A stretch of 62,935 nt of DNA, filler included, from Reticulomyxa filosa (Eukaryota; Protista; Foraminifera), in NCBI GenBank assembly GCA_000512085.1. It is 21 parts of 21 records of this genome, joined end to end, with 100 filler letters (N's around TTAATTAATTAA, not from the genome) between each part and the next. Parts side by side here need not be neighbours in the genome. Positions count along the whole stretch, not along the records: positions 21,835 to 23,339 come from ASPP01003635.1; positions 23,440 to 24,714 come from ASPP01010100.1; positions 24,815 to 26,835 come from ASPP01012299.1; positions 26,936 to 28,118 come from ASPP01015849.1; positions 28,219 to 36,344 come from ASPP01001208.1; positions 36,445 to 37,801 come from ASPP01047909.1; 15 more parts are not named here. One strand, 5' to 3'. Both the position numbers and the translations under genes were made by a program. Positions 23,056-36,749 of the stretch are shown here, piece after piece. The number at the start of each line of letters is the position of its first letter. Positions within the stretch are counted from its first letter, which is position 1. Under the pieces are notes generated by a model, which was not told where the DNA came from, did no database searches, and saw only the letters and a list, made by a program, of their open reading frames with translations.

Positions 23056-23439
23056 CAACATTTCATCAAATGTACAAATAGTAGAAATCCAGTGGCGTCA
23101 CGAATCTCAGGCATTGGAAAATACATTAAGATAAAAAAGAAAGTTGACAACTAAAATACCACCTTATATAGATGATTGTGTTTCTACATGAAAAAACAAC
23201 ATTTAATCAAAATTTTTTTTAAAAAAAATATCTACGAATCGTGTAGTTTTTAAATATCATTTTGGTTTTTTATTAAGTATTTACAATTTTTTCAAAAATT
23301 TTAATCTTTCATTTGATTTGGTAAAATTTCTTTAAAAAANNNNNNNNNNNNNNNNNNNNNNNNNNNNNNNNNNNNNNNNNNNNTTAATTAATTAANNNNN
23401 NNNNNNNNNNNNNNNNNNNNNNNNNNNNNNNNNNNNNNN

Positions 23440-23950
23440 ACCACCACCACTAGTGTCCCAACTGCGACCACCCATGTTGCCTCTGCTGCAGTTTCGTCGC
23501 CACATAAAAAAAATCCACCGTCCACTACTGCGACATTATTACCCTCCAAAGCCAAACTTGCGCCAACTGCTGCAGCAAGTGGGATCACTACTACTACGAC
23601 GACGACGACGGCGACGGCGAAAATGAATGCTCCCAAATCGCAATTGTTGAATAAACAAAGACATAGTGTGCCCAACATAATGAATATAATTGATAAGCCT
23701 CCTGCCAATGTCGGAGGTGCTTCCAAGGCGTCTAAAGACGTGCCGGCCAAGTCGCACACTGCTGCTACTGCTGCTATGCGTCCCACTCCTTCCGTCGATC
23801 CCAAAAAAAAAGACGCCAAAGAAAAGAAAACTCTGCCAGCAGCAGCAGCAGCAGCAGCAGGGAAAGTCGATATGCCATCCAAACCTGTCCAAGGTCTCAT
23901 ATTATTATTCCATGCTTATTGGATTTTTAAATAAATACATATACATATAC

Positions 23951-23982
<32 letters not shown>

Positions 23983-24673
23983 GTATGTATTTATTTATTT
24001 GGTTCATTTATTTATATTAAAAAAAAGACTGGACTGTATCCGACGTGCAAGAATGGCTAATGCACATATCCAAACGAAGACCCAAGTCGAAAGAAAAGAA
24101 AAAAGAAGGTGCGATTGTGGCGTTTTACGAAGAGTACGGCAGACAATTTGAGACACACCAAATCGACGGCGGCAAACTGCTGGCGCAAACGAAGACGACG
24201 TTGACGAAAGACCTGACGGTGAAAAGTCAACATGCGCCTTTGCTAATGGAGTTTGTGGACGAATTGAAAGGAGACCACGCGTCTCCATTGCAGCCGCAAA
24301 GCTCGCCCAAGAGAACTAAAATTGGAGGGCATGACGGGGAGCATGAAGAAAAAAAGCATGACGTTGCCAAGTCAGTAAGGGATACGTATACATATGTATA
24401 CACTTATATACATATATATATATATACATAATAAATATATAAGTGTATATATTTATATTTATATGTACATGTAAATGGATGCAAAATAGAAAGCAAGGAG
24501 AAAACGACTTGGACGAGGAAAGAAAAAACTTGCTGCTGAACGAAAACAGTGGGAAGAGCAAAAGTATGATGTATTGCTTGATTGATCTTTGTTTTAATAC
24601 TAATGTATACGTATATATATTTATATGTATATTATATAATGTATATGTAAGGATAAATGAAAAGTATGCTTGC

Positions 24674-24714
<41 letters not shown>
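23440..24714 (+). CDS. SAM-domain protein, internal fragment; intron 23894-24027
   Basis: Spliced PVQ-DWTVSDVQEWL...YGRQFETHQIDGGKLL...LTKDL.V......L...VDELK is a SAM domain. Confidence 0.8.
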
Positions 24715-24814
24715 NNNNNNNNNNNNNNNNNNNNNNNNNNNNNNNNNNNNNNNNNNNNTTAATTAATTAANNNNNNNNNNNNNNNNNNNNNNNNNNNNNN
24801 NNNNNNNNNNNNNN

Positions 24815-24852
<38 letters not shown>

Positions 24853-24917
24853 ACCCATCTTTTGCTCTGTGTGTTGAATTTAAAAAGTATGACGTATAGC
24901 AATACAACAAAGAAGAA

Positions 24918-26487
24918 TAAAACTGTAGGCAATGCTTCAGGAGATCCCATCAGCTTTTCTTTGTTGGAATACACTAGCATTTTGTCTTTGTCAGACAATG
25001 GCTCAATTCCATCTATCTTAATCAAGTGTTCCAGGAGATCTTTGCCCTATTTGTTATTTATTTTGGTTACGTATACTACTTTGCAATAAAATATATCATC
25101 TTTTTTTTTAAAAAAAAAAAAAAAAAATTGAAACTGGATAATGTCTACGCTTGAATGGAACAATGGACTGGGCCACGGCAGGGTCATGCCTGGCATTGAC
25201 GATAGGGGCGACAACGTGGAAAGGATAGCTTGGAAACTCGACACACAAAAGGATGCCATAGAGGTCGTCTTCGCCCTCGGTGTCGATCTCGTTGGCCGTG
25301 GAATCGGAAAAGAAAGAGTGGTTGATTTTGATATGACGCTCTTTTTTGGAAGGCTTCTTTTTGCTGCTGTGTTTGAGCTCTTTGCTTCGTTGGGCGTCGC
25401 GCTCTTTGAATACTTGCTTGGCTTTGTCGCTCAATTTGGGCTGCGTCGTCGTCCCAAACTTTTTCCAAAAGCCAGTCGTGTGAGGGTCCACCTTCGGCCC
25501 GCCCTTCACATACGTCCAAACGGGGACGTCCCACAGTCGCAGTTTTATTTTCCCGTCGCGGATTTTGCGTTGCTCATCGACCAGTGGCAATCGGCACCAG
25601 GCCAAGGGTTCGCAATGCCATTTCAAGGCACTTAAAGCCAATTCGAGTTTCGCTTTTTTTTTTTTTTTTTTGGCAACACATATGTACATAACCATATACG
25701 TATACGTGGGTGGAAAAAATAATTGATTTTTTTTTTTTTTTTTAAAAAAAAAGAAAGACCTCGTAATCTTCTGTTTCGGTAAAGGGAAGAATCTCTTCCA
25801 CATCGTCAATGATCATTCGCTCGGTGTCGTCTTCGACACATGCGGAGACGATTGCGGAAGGGGTGGCGAGATCATCTGTACTACCATCTCCATTAAAACC
25901 AGCACCAGCAATAGAAGTAATAGGCTTATTAGAAGCATTTGTGGAAATAGCCAGAAACTCAGAGTTTAACATTTGTGGTTTATGCTTGTTCTTAGACTCA
26001 CGCTTGCCCTTCTCTTCCTTTGTCTTGTGCAACTGCTCTTCCACGCCGTAGAGCGTAAAGCACCAACAGCACTCGACCGGCAATTGCGAGTAAAACAGCT
26101 CCGCGTCAATGGTCGAAAACGCGCCTGCCTCCAAAGGAACCGTGATCACTTCCGAAATCTCTTCGGTTGGGATGCGGATGTCCCATGCAATGTCCTCGTA
26201 GCGCAGTGCGCCCACAAACAACTCGATGCGCAACACCAAGTAGTCAAAGTTCTTTCGAAATCGCGCGCTCTGGTGCGCATTGCGAATCCCTTTGATCTTC
26301 ATTTCTATCGGTGCGCAAACTCTTCTAGTCGCACTTGCTTCTGAGTCACACTTGGCCACTCCACCTCAACGTTGTCTTCGTCCATCTGGATCGACACCGC
26401 CCGTTTCATCGTGTAAGGAAAGCCTCGGCGTCCGAGTAAGATATCGGTAGGATTTGCCTTATTGTCATTGTTATTACTATTATTATT

Positions 26488-26521
<34 letters not shown>

Positions 26522-26835
26522 CATTATTGTTATTGTTATTGCTATTGTTTTGTGAAGATTTAGTATCCTCACTCTGTGCTGTCGATTTGCTTGTGTCATC
26601 TGCAGCTTCACTCTTGCCATCGTTCTTGACATCGTTCTTTGAATTGACGCTCAAAGTCGCCGTCTTTTTGAACACATTTCTCCCGGGCTTTCGTGCATTT
26701 AACGTCTCTTTTTTTATTGGAGCTTTGGCCTTGCTCGCGTTAGTACTCGATGCACTTTCCGGTTTTTTGTTGTTATTATTGTTTGTGTTTGCATTGCCAT
26801 TGGCATTGGCACTAATACTAGTATTAGTATTAGTA
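24918..26835 (-). CDS. Phosphoinositide 3-kinase fragment (PI3K-C2 and start of PIK helical domain)
   Basis: LFYSQLPVECCWCFTLYGV, PLAWCRLPLVDEQRKIRDGKIKLRLW, LCVEFP and LIKIDGIEPLSDKDKMLVYSNKEKLMGSPEALP. Confidence 0.8.
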
Positions 26836-27030
26836 NNNNNNNNNNNNNNNNNNNNNNNNNNNNNNNNNNNNNNNNNNNNTTAATTAATTAANNNNNNNNN
26901 NNNNNNNNNNNNNNNNNNNNNNNNNNNNNNNNNNNTAGGAAGGAAAAGAAAAAAAAAAAGAAAAAAAAAAAAAAAAAAGGAAATAAAAAACAACAAAAAA
27001 AAAAGATATGAATTTGGTGTAATGCAGAAG

Positions 27031-27742
27031 TCACTGTGGGAAAGACCAGATTGCGTTCCACCACCAGAGGAGTGGTGGGTTGAAATGCAGACGACCAGTG
27101 GCAAAATGTATCAAAACATTGTAACTAAAGAAATGACGACGAAAAGACCTGCAGAATTGGGCAAAGAGGCGGATGGCGATAGACAAGAGGAACACTCACC
27201 AAAATACGAAGAAGGAAGCGCGGTCGATAGCATACCCACAAATACGGTCGGAGAAAGCAAGACGTCAGAACACAACGCAACTTCCACCACATTTGCAAAT
27301 AAGAGTATCCCCGTCAAACCAAAGATTAAATGTTAAGTTTCATTTTTTTTTTTTTTTCTAAAGTTGTTGTAATTCGATTTGTTATGTCATTACTTTGTGT
27401 GTCCAGTGGTGGAAGGAGTATCCGATGAGAGCAGCGACGAAGTAACAATTGACAACAAAGGAAGAGAGCAGCACAAACCAAAAAATGCACAAAGCAAAAC
27501 GATCAAAATCGCTCCATTGGGTATCTCAAAGTCGGGTGTCGCAAGCAAAAGTAAAAACTTGAATGGCAATGGGACGAAGGTGTCATTGAACGATTACAGT
27601 GATAAGAAGGACGAACAATCCTTACAACGTATTGGCCAAACCATTTCATCACTATATTTACTAATTGCTATTATATTCCTTTTTTTTTTTTTTTTTGCTC
27701 CCTTTTCTTTGTGAATGAATAATCAATACACATATGTATATG

Positions 27743-27787
<45 letters not shown>

Positions 27788-28118
27788 AAAGAAATGAAAG
27801 TGGACAAATCTCAATTCCGTGTGGAGAATAGCAGCTATTTGTTAAAGGCACATAAAAAATATGAATCATTGAGCGCAGCAAAAAAAGCATTTCAAAGCCT
27901 GCTAAGGGACAAACGAATAGGCCCAAACGATGCATGGATAAGTGTGTTGCCAAAAATTGCAGGGCAAGAACGCTATGATGCTCTGAAGAAAGTAGAAGAT
28001 AAAAAACTGGCACTGCGGGAATACCAAGAGGAATTGAAACTGAAATTGAAAAAAAAAAAGGAAGAAAAAAAATGTGTGAAGAAAGGTTTGTCCAAATGCT
28101 AAAAGAAAAAATGGACAC
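27031..28118 (+). CDS. Prp40/TCERG1-like WW- and FF-domain protein fragment
   Basis: SLWERP then WVEMQTTSGKMYQNIVTKEMTTKRP (WW-like); AKKAFQSLLRDKRIGPNDAW...I....RYDALKKVEDKK.A..EY (FF domain). Confidence 0.75.
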
Positions 28119-28218
28119 NNNNNNNNNNNNNNNNNNNNNNNNNNNNNNNNNNNNNNNNNNNNTTAATTAATTAANNNNNNNNNNNNNNNNNNNNNNNNNN
28201 NNNNNNNNNNNNNNNNNN

Positions 28219-29061
28219 AATTCATAAGATAATCCAGATTTAATTGAATATGAACATTGATAGTTATTATCCTTCACAGATATTGAAGCACCACTTGCAC
28301 AAATTAAATGTTCGGAATTATAGAACATTGCTTTGACAATGGATGTGATTGTTTCTTTTTTACAATCAGGACAATTAAAAGAAGTTTTATCTGAAATAAA
28401 TGTAATATTATTAAATCCGATATTAATCCATACCAGTAATTTCGCTTTTGATGCTAAACACATTTCATTGATGCAATATCCTTGCAAATTAATTCCTGGT
28501 TTTGTTTCACCAATTTCTGCTTTTTCCATCTCTCTTTGTATACTTTTATTATCATCGAATATATTCGTTGTGTTTTCTTGTTCTTGTTCTTGTTCTGATT
28601 CTTGTTCTTGTTCTTGTTCTGATTCTTGTTCTTTTTCTGATTCTTGTTCTTTTTCTGATTCTTGTTCTTGTTCTTGTTTCTATTCATCACCCCAAAACAG
28701 AAACATAAAGATAATAAAAATGTCATAAAATGAATTAAATAATTTTATTGTTACCTGTTCGATATTCTCCAATTCATTGACTTTGCGCTTATCCTTTTTA
28801 ATATAAAAACAATATCAATTATAATAAATAAGATATGTTGTTATTATTTTTGTAATATACCTCATTTTCAACAGATAATTGGACAAGTTCTTTTATCACC
28901 AATTCGATATTTCCATTGTTATTTATTAGCTTCTGTTTCAACTCTTCTTTATTAATTAAATCACTGAATAGTCGAATCAATGTTTTTATTTCCTTTTCAT
29001 ATTTCTTGTCCCCTTCGTTTGTGATATTAGTATTGTTATTGTCGCTGTTGTTGTCTTGCAT
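28219..29061 (-). CDS. Lineage-expanded Cys-containing hypothetical protein (GINLQGYC family), three exons, 3' truncated
   Basis: Exons MQDNN...VENE | DKRKVNELENIEQ | KQEQEQES...MEKAEIGETKPGINLQGYCINEMCLASKAKLLVWINIGF...CPDC. Confidence 0.7.
28575..28680. repeat. Coding tandem repeat of 6-bp TTCTTG/TTCTGA units, encoding EQEQES/EKEQES on the minus strand
   Basis: Directly visible hexamer array with higher-order 18/24-bp units. Confidence 0.85.
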
Positions 29062-30269
29062 TCCTCCTTTACACTTTATTTTATCTATTCAAATAAAATC
29101 ACACACATCTTCATTGTTCATATAAGCAGATATATTATTGTCATTCATATCATTAACTGTGATTTTGGAGACCTGCACGCAATACTTTAGGAAATATCTA
29201 TTTTTGATCAAAGAACAAAGTAGTTCTTTTTTTCCTCCTATTATCCAAAACATAAATAAAATAATAATAATAATAAAATCAACCTCAAGTCGCTTTATCT
29301 TGCTTCTCTTGCTGTAATTGCTCATCTTTCCAAAACAAACATTTAGAGCTTTGAATGAAAAGGATAAAGAGAACGCACTTTCGCAAGAAAAAACACTTTT
29401 TTAGATCTTAAACATAGAATTTTAACAGACCTTAATTCTTTGAATGTCTGTTTTATTAAAGGATTCCTTTTATACTTGATCGTCTCCAGAAAATGTCCAA
29501 TAACAAAGCAAAATTTTAAAGACAGATTTGTCCCAACTTTTTAATCAATAATGAAGATTTTAATTTATCAAATACAACAAATTTAAAAATTTCAAGGGTA
29601 TTAGAGATTTATTTATTCGTTGGACAAATGTATTCTAAATAAATCAAAGATATTTATCAAGAGTGTACTTCAAGGAAATAATCCGTATCAAGAATTTTAT
29701 TAAAGAATCATATATTAATAATATTCTAAATACAATTGATAAGCAAATATATAATTTGATGGCATTTGATAAAGGAGGTTATTTCTAAATTATGTTTGTG
29801 ATATTATATCATCTAACTCATTGATAGATAATTGAAAAAAGTGTACACTCTGATCAAGCTATTCAAGTATAAAAAACATAGAAATGGAAAATGAAATGAT
29901 TAATAAACGGCAACAAGGAATTGTTGTTGCAATAAATATTGATCAATTGGCAAAACCTAATAAATGGTTTTGTAAAGTTGTGCAACAAATTTAAAGAAAG
30001 TTGTTTAATAAAATGTCTTGTTTCTTTTGTTTATATAATTATTGAGAAAAATAAATTTTGTTATATAGTTTAAGTTGAATTATTACATTTGATTTTTGAT
30101 AAAGTTATTTTTGTTCAATTTGCTTAGTAAACTATTTGAAAGTTTGATAAAATGAATTAACACACTCCAAATTTAAAATGAATAAATCAAAGGGTGAAAA
30201 TTGAAAATTTTTATGTCTTTCACTTTTCAGAAATTCTAACGATTTAAAATAGCGTCGTTTTTATATGTT

Positions 30270-30930
30270 CATCCCCAAACATGAATTGGTCCACTGCATG
30301 AACCATAACATAAATAACCACCACGATTCTCGCTTAATTTTTGTTGATTGTTTCCTTTCTTTTTCAATGATACAAATTCAAGACAAATATTCCATCGTCT
30401 TTTATATCATCTCCTTTGATAATAAACAATTCGTTCTTATTTCGAATATCCCAAAAACTGATTGTATTATCAATCGATCCAGAACATATCACATTTGAAT
30501 TACCGTCAACTTTGATATCACTTACTACAAATGGTGGAATATTCAACAGCATACACCCAGTTATTGTGTCCATTGAACACTTGAATTTATTTACCAGATC
30601 GAATATCCCACAAACGGACACTATTATCATTTGATCCAGATAATATTGTATTTATTAATTCATTTGATCCATATTTTACATTCACCGCTGCACTTTCATG
30701 TCCCTTGAACGTAGTCGATTGTTTGGTTGTTTTAATATCCATATTCGAATGGTTTTATCAAATGATCCAGAACAAATAGTATATCCATTTCCACCAATCA
30801 CACCAATACCATTACTTTTATTTTCATTATTATTACATTGTAATGGCGAAATATCAACACACCAAACACCTTTTTCATGCCATTGAAAACGTATAATGAT
30901 TTGAATGTTTCAACATCCCATAAGTGAATA
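30270..30930 (-). pseudogene. WD40-repeat pseudogene, 3' part; paralogue of 31344-32736
   Basis: NTIHLWDVETFKSLYVFNG, GVIGGNGYTICSGSFDKTIRIW and NVICSGSIDNTISFWDIR in broken frames. Confidence 0.85.
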
Positions 30931-31343
30931 GTATTATTTGAATTTTTTCTTTCTTCAATCACAAATAACAAATACAAATACAATAGAAACCTGAAGGTAG
31001 CAAACTTTCTGAAAACTTGAAATAAGGCTTACCACTGCTAGTTGTGCTGAAGCTTGTTTTTCATTGTTAAGAGTTGTCATTCACCTTGTATATAGTGCTC
31101 AAATGTTTTGTAAATATTCAATAAAATGCCTTGTACTTAAAAAGATGATAACGAATTATTTTAAGAAATACTAAAAAAGTCAAGTTATGAATAAACAAAC
31201 TACGATTGTTTCATCTTATATTCTTATCCAATCTAAGTACGCCAACAAACCCCTTTATGGTTAGAAAAAAGTTCTAAATTTAAATCTTACGTTATCTCAT
31301 CATCTAAAAAAAATTAAAAAAAAAAATCACAAAAAATTGCAAA

Positions 31344-32736
31344 ATGGGAAATCCCATCAGCAAAAAAGATTTATCAACACAACAATCAGTGGTACGTTTC
31401 ATTTCCTCCTCCTTCAGAGCGAGTTGTCTTTTAAACTTTGATCGGTTGTGATTTCAGATAAGTCTGTCAGAAGGAGAAATCAAAGTAATTATCAAATATT
31501 GGGTTAGAATCTTAAATATCAAATTAGGATGGATCCAGGACTTTGATAAACTCGTTGTCAAATACGTTAAGTGTATGTGTCTTTTTTGTTTTATTGAATA
31601 AGAAATATTTATTTGTTCACATTTCAATACAGACAACTAACTTCTTCATGCTTGAGATGTTTCGCTCATCATCCAAATTACTTAATACATTCACTGGACA
31701 CACTAAGTATGTGAATAGTATAGATTATTCAAAATTTGGTAATGGTCAATTCATTTGTTCTGGATCAGATGATAATACAGTCCGTGTATGGAATATAGAG
31801 AAAAACAAACAAATTCAATCATTTAATGGACATTCAAGTGGTGTATTTTGTGTAAAATTTTCGCAATATTATTACCATAATCATCACCGTAACGTCATTT
31901 GTTCTTCATCGCACGACAAAACGATTCGTTTTTGGGACTTCAAAGATAATCAACTATTGCAATTGTTCAATGGACATACTGCCTGGGTTGGTAGCATTGA
32001 ATTCTCACCATTTAATAGTGGCAGATATTTGTGCTCTGGATCTGGTGATGGTACTATTCGTTTATGGGATGTTGAAACATCCAAAATATTACATATTTTC
32101 AATGAACATAAAAGTTGTGTTTGGTGTGTGGATATCTCACCATTGCAAAGCAATAACAGCAAGAATGAAAGCAGTGGCATTGGTTTGATTGGTGGTAATG
32201 GATATACTGTTTGTTCTGGACTACGGGATAAAACCATTTGGGTATGGGATATCGAAACAACTAAACAATTGATTGTATTCAAAGGACATAAAGATTCAGT
32301 ATGGAGTGTAAAATATGGATCAAATGAATTAGGAATTAATGGCTGTGCAAATATAATATTATCTGGATCAGATGATAGAAGTGTTCGTTTGTGGGATATT
32401 CGATCTGGTCAACAAATTCAAGTGTTCAATGGACATACACATATTGTATGGGATGTTGAATATTCACCATTTGTAGTAAACAATACCGAAGCTGGTAGTA
32501 GCTCAAATGTGATATGCTCTGGATCAGATGATAATACAATTCGCTTTTGGGATATTCGATCAAATAAGAATCAATTGTATGTGATTAAAGGATGTTATGA
32601 AGATGATGGAATAAGATGCCTTAAATTTGTATCATTGAAAAAGAAGATAAAGGATAATGAACAAAAATCAAAAGATGATTGTGGTGTTCATCTATGTTAT
32701 GGCTCAAGTAGAGGTCCAATTCGCGTTTGGGGATGA
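31344..32736 (+). CDS. WD40-repeat protein (intact), two 5' introns
   Basis: Exons MGNPISKK..., ...IKLGWIQDFDKLVVKY, then a long ORF with six to seven GH...WD repeats ending PIRVWG*. Confidence 0.92.
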
Positions 32737-33469
32737 AATACGTATGAATGAAGTTTTGTTTTGATTTTCATATTCCAATTCATTCAATTTAAAAATTGGA
32801 TTGTTGTTTGATTTATTTTGAAAACTTTTATCATTCAGTGGGAAAAAAAAAAAGGGCAATAGTTCGATTGGTGTATTCTATTTCATCAATATTTTTGTAC
32901 TTTTTTGATAATATACGTGAGAAATAATTGTACTAAAATTGAATTTTGGTATTTGATACTTTTGAGAAGTCGAAATGCATATCAACTGCAAAGAATGTGA
33001 ATACTAATACAAATGAAACTTTTTTGAAAACACAAATTGATCTCGTGATGGTGATAAACTTGCTAATTTTGTTCGAAAGCAAAACACATACAATTATTTA
33101 GTGAAATATCCTATTTTCAGTATGTAATGGAAACAGTGAATAAGGCACTTATATAATTTAAAAGAGGTACTATACTGAGCACATCATTTTAAATGAGGAG
33201 CGCATAATCCGTTTTAGAAAAGTGATCTCATGACAAAAGGAACAAAGTTTTCTAATTCGGTTAGATTTATGTTCATATTGTTTTACAATTCATGTAAATT
33301 CTTGTTCAAAGGCAACATCTAAAGAGATTATGTTTTTTTTTCTTTTGGGCATTAATAATATTGTCATTCATACAAACTTATTTCAAATTTGATTTCCAAA
33401 AAAAAAGAATATTTTAAATTTGATGAAATTAAAAAAAAAAAAGCATTAAATTGGATGTTATGTTTGTGT

Positions 33470-34655
33470 TTATCCCCAAACCCGAACTGTACAATCACGA
33501 GAGCATGATATAAGTATATTACCATTTGGTGAAACATCGATTTTTGATATATCATCAGAGTGTCCTTTTAACTCCTGTATTTTTTCTCCTGACTCCAAGT
33601 CCCATAAAACAATTGCTTTATCATCTGAGTATACAATAGTTTGACCATCTAGAAAATATTGTACATCATACATTTCTTCTGTATTTCCATGTAATACTTT
33701 CAATTGTTTTCCTGATTGTACATCCCATATACGAATTGTAGAATCTCCTGAAATTGATAGGATAAATTGATTATTTGGGGAAAATGTTGCACGCCTTACA
33801 CCACGCCAATGTCCTTTGAACTGTTTCAATCTCTCACTTGATTTCACATTCCACAAACAAATTGTTTTATCTTTGGATGCTGATACAATCGTTTGACAAT
33901 CTGACGAAAATTCTACACTCAATATGCCAGCATAATGTCCAAAAAAGTTTCCAATTTTTTTTCCAGATTCTACGCTCCATAGAATCATTTCCATACTTGA
34001 ACCTGTCACAATATATTTCCCATCGGGAGAAAAACTAACACACGCCACTATACTTGTATATCCTTCGAATCGCACTACCTCTTTCTCTAAGCTCACATCC
34101 CAGAGCATCATCCCATCTCGTGAGCCTGACACAATATATTTACCATCTGGTGAAAATGCTGCAAAATGATTCCAATCCGAAGATCCTTCGAACATTTGAA
34201 TTTGTTTTCCAGATTCGATATCCCATATTCGAACTGTTTGATCGGACAATGATGAAACAATCTTGCTGCCGTCTGGTGAAAATTTTACACTGTTTACTCT
34301 CACATTATTTCCTTTTAAAATTTTTATCAATCGAAAGTTTTTGGCCTAATTTTTCACATATTTGTGATTAATAACTTGTCATTTTTTTTTTTATAAAAGT
34401 CGAAAAAAAAAAACACAAATAACTTAACGTATTTCACAATCATCTTGTCAAAGTCGTCAATCCATCCAAATTTAATGTTTTCAAGCCAAAGCCAATTTTG
34501 AATTACTAATGTAACTTGCTTTTCAAGCTGGTTTTTTTATTCATATATACATGAATAACCACATTCATTGTCACGTCAAATGTACTAGATGTGATAAAAC
34601 TTAAACTTACCAGTTGCTGTGTTGTATTTCCTTTTTCGTTGATAGTGGTATCCAT
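33470..34655 (-). CDS. WD40-repeat protein, two 5' introns
   Basis: MDTTINEKGNTTQQL | ...FGWIDDFDKMIVKY | AKNFRLIKILKG...; seven FSPDG/WD repeats ending VRVWG*. Confidence 0.9.
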
Positions 34656-34978
34656 TTCTGCACTAGTTTGGTTGATAAAATTTATACTTTGCTTTGTGGC
34701 CATTCCAAAAGACATACGTTGAATTTATAATATTAATATTCAAAAATTCGTTGTTCAAATTTTTTTTGTTGGGGACAGTGTTAACATTAAAATTAACAGA
34801 TTTTGAAATATTTTGAAGGTAAATTACAAAATAGTCTCGTATCTCCATTTTTTATTAGAATCATTGATATGTCGTTTATACAAGTGAAACACAAAAATGA
34901 AAAAAGGTAAAATTTCAACTTTGTTTTTTAAATTATCTAATATTGATTTGTTATTCTGAAGACAAGCAAAGAGAACGA

Positions 34979-36153
34979 ATGAGCGCTGCTACCAACGAAA
35001 TAAAGATCATTAAATCACAGTTGGTTAGTTATCTTCAAAACATGTCAAAAATCTTTGTCGTTTTATTCAACACACAAACGAATTTGACTGTATGTAACGA
35101 ATTAGTTGGAAAAAGTGTTGCAATTAATTATTCAAAATTGGACACGAAACTGTGATATCAAATTGGGATGGATCGATGATTTTGACAAAATCGTTTTCAA
35201 ATATGTTCAGTATTTTGTTTTTTCAAATGTGAATGCAAAATAAAGCATATATTACATTTCAAAACATAGGCCAAATTTTTTCAATTGTTAAAAATTTTAA
35301 AAGGACATGAACATTGTATAAGTAGTGTAAAATATTCGCCATGTGGTTGCAAGATTGTTTCGTCATCACATGATAAAACAGTTCGAGTATGGGATGTTGC
35401 ATCTGGAGAACAAATTCAAATCTGTAAAGGACACACCGGTTACGTTTGCAGTGCAGAATTTTCACCAGATGGGAATACTATTGTGTCAGGATCATGGGAT
35501 AAGACGATTCGATTATGGAATGTAGAATTAGGAACAGAGTTAATGAAATTGGATGGATGCTCAAGTTTGGTGTTGGATGTATGTTTTTCTTCAAATGGAA
35601 AAAATATTGTGTCCAGTTTATACAACCACATAATATGGTTATGGGATGTTACTTATGGAAAAGGGATTCAAAAACTGAGCGGTCATTCAAGTAGTGTAAG
35701 GAGTGTACAATATTCACCAGATGATCAAAAGATTGTATCAGCGTCTCATGATAAAACAATTGCTTTATGGGATGTAAATACAGGCGAAAGGTTAAAACAA
35801 TTTAGAGGCCATAATGGTAGAGTGGCATGTGCAAGATTTTCTCCAAATGGTCAATTGTAGTATCCTGTTCATCGGATAGGACAATTCGCATTTGGGATGT
35901 GGAGTCAGGGAACCAATTGAAAGTGTTGGAAGGACATTCAGATAGTGTGCTAGATATGAAATATTTCCCAGATGGTCAAACGATTGCGTCTTGCTCATAT
36001 GATGGTACAATTCCATTATGGGACGTAAAATCCGGAAAAAAAATTAATGGATTAGAAACACGTGGTTCGTGTGCATATTGCGTTGACATTTCACCCAATG
36101 GAAGTATGATTACGGCAGGTTTTGCGAATAACATTATTTGTATTTGGGGATGA
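34979..36153 (+). CDS. WD40-repeat protein with one frameshift near 35855 (possible pseudogene)
   Basis: MSAATNEIKIIKSQL | ...LGWIDDFDKIVFKY | AKFFQLLKILKGH; ORFs 35285-35860 and 35827-36153 join across the shift. Confidence 0.85.
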
Positions 36154-36749
36154 CAAAAAAATACAAAACAAATGCGTGCGTCGCATTAATCATAATTTTT
36201 TATTTTTTTTTTGGAATAATATCAAAGTGGACTTGCAGTAAATCAAAAAACAATATTTTGTTTTTTTTTTCTATCAAATTTTTATACAACAAATTATTAA
36301 TATGACAATTCCTTTTATTTGCCTTTACTCTTTTTTTTTTTTTTNNNNNNNNNNNNNNNNNNNNNNNNNNNNNNNNNNNNNNNNNNNNTTAATTAATTAA
36401 NNNNNNNNNNNNNNNNNNNNNNNNNNNNNNNNNNNNNNNNNNNNGAAAAATCATTTTACTTTTGTATTGCAAACTATCAATGTTTTGCTTCAACAAAATT
36501 AATTTTTGCTAACACAACACATTTTTAATAATAATTCAAAAAATAAAGTCTTCTTTATTGAAAGTAGTTATCCATTTGCAAAAAATAAAACTAACAAATT
36601 TGATTTAAACACAATAGAACAAAAACAAATTCGTTGGGTATTTTACTCATGGCAAAACAAAAAGCATAAAAGACTTATAATTGATTCATCATTAGTAAAA
36701 TTGATAACTATCACTGATATAGCGATCCTCATCTGTTGTTCCAAAATGA

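Noticed and set aside
22531-23060. TGTTG...CAACA ends as a solo LTR
   Set aside because: No 4-6 bp target duplication in the flanks, and the interior is a long palindrome rather than an LTR.
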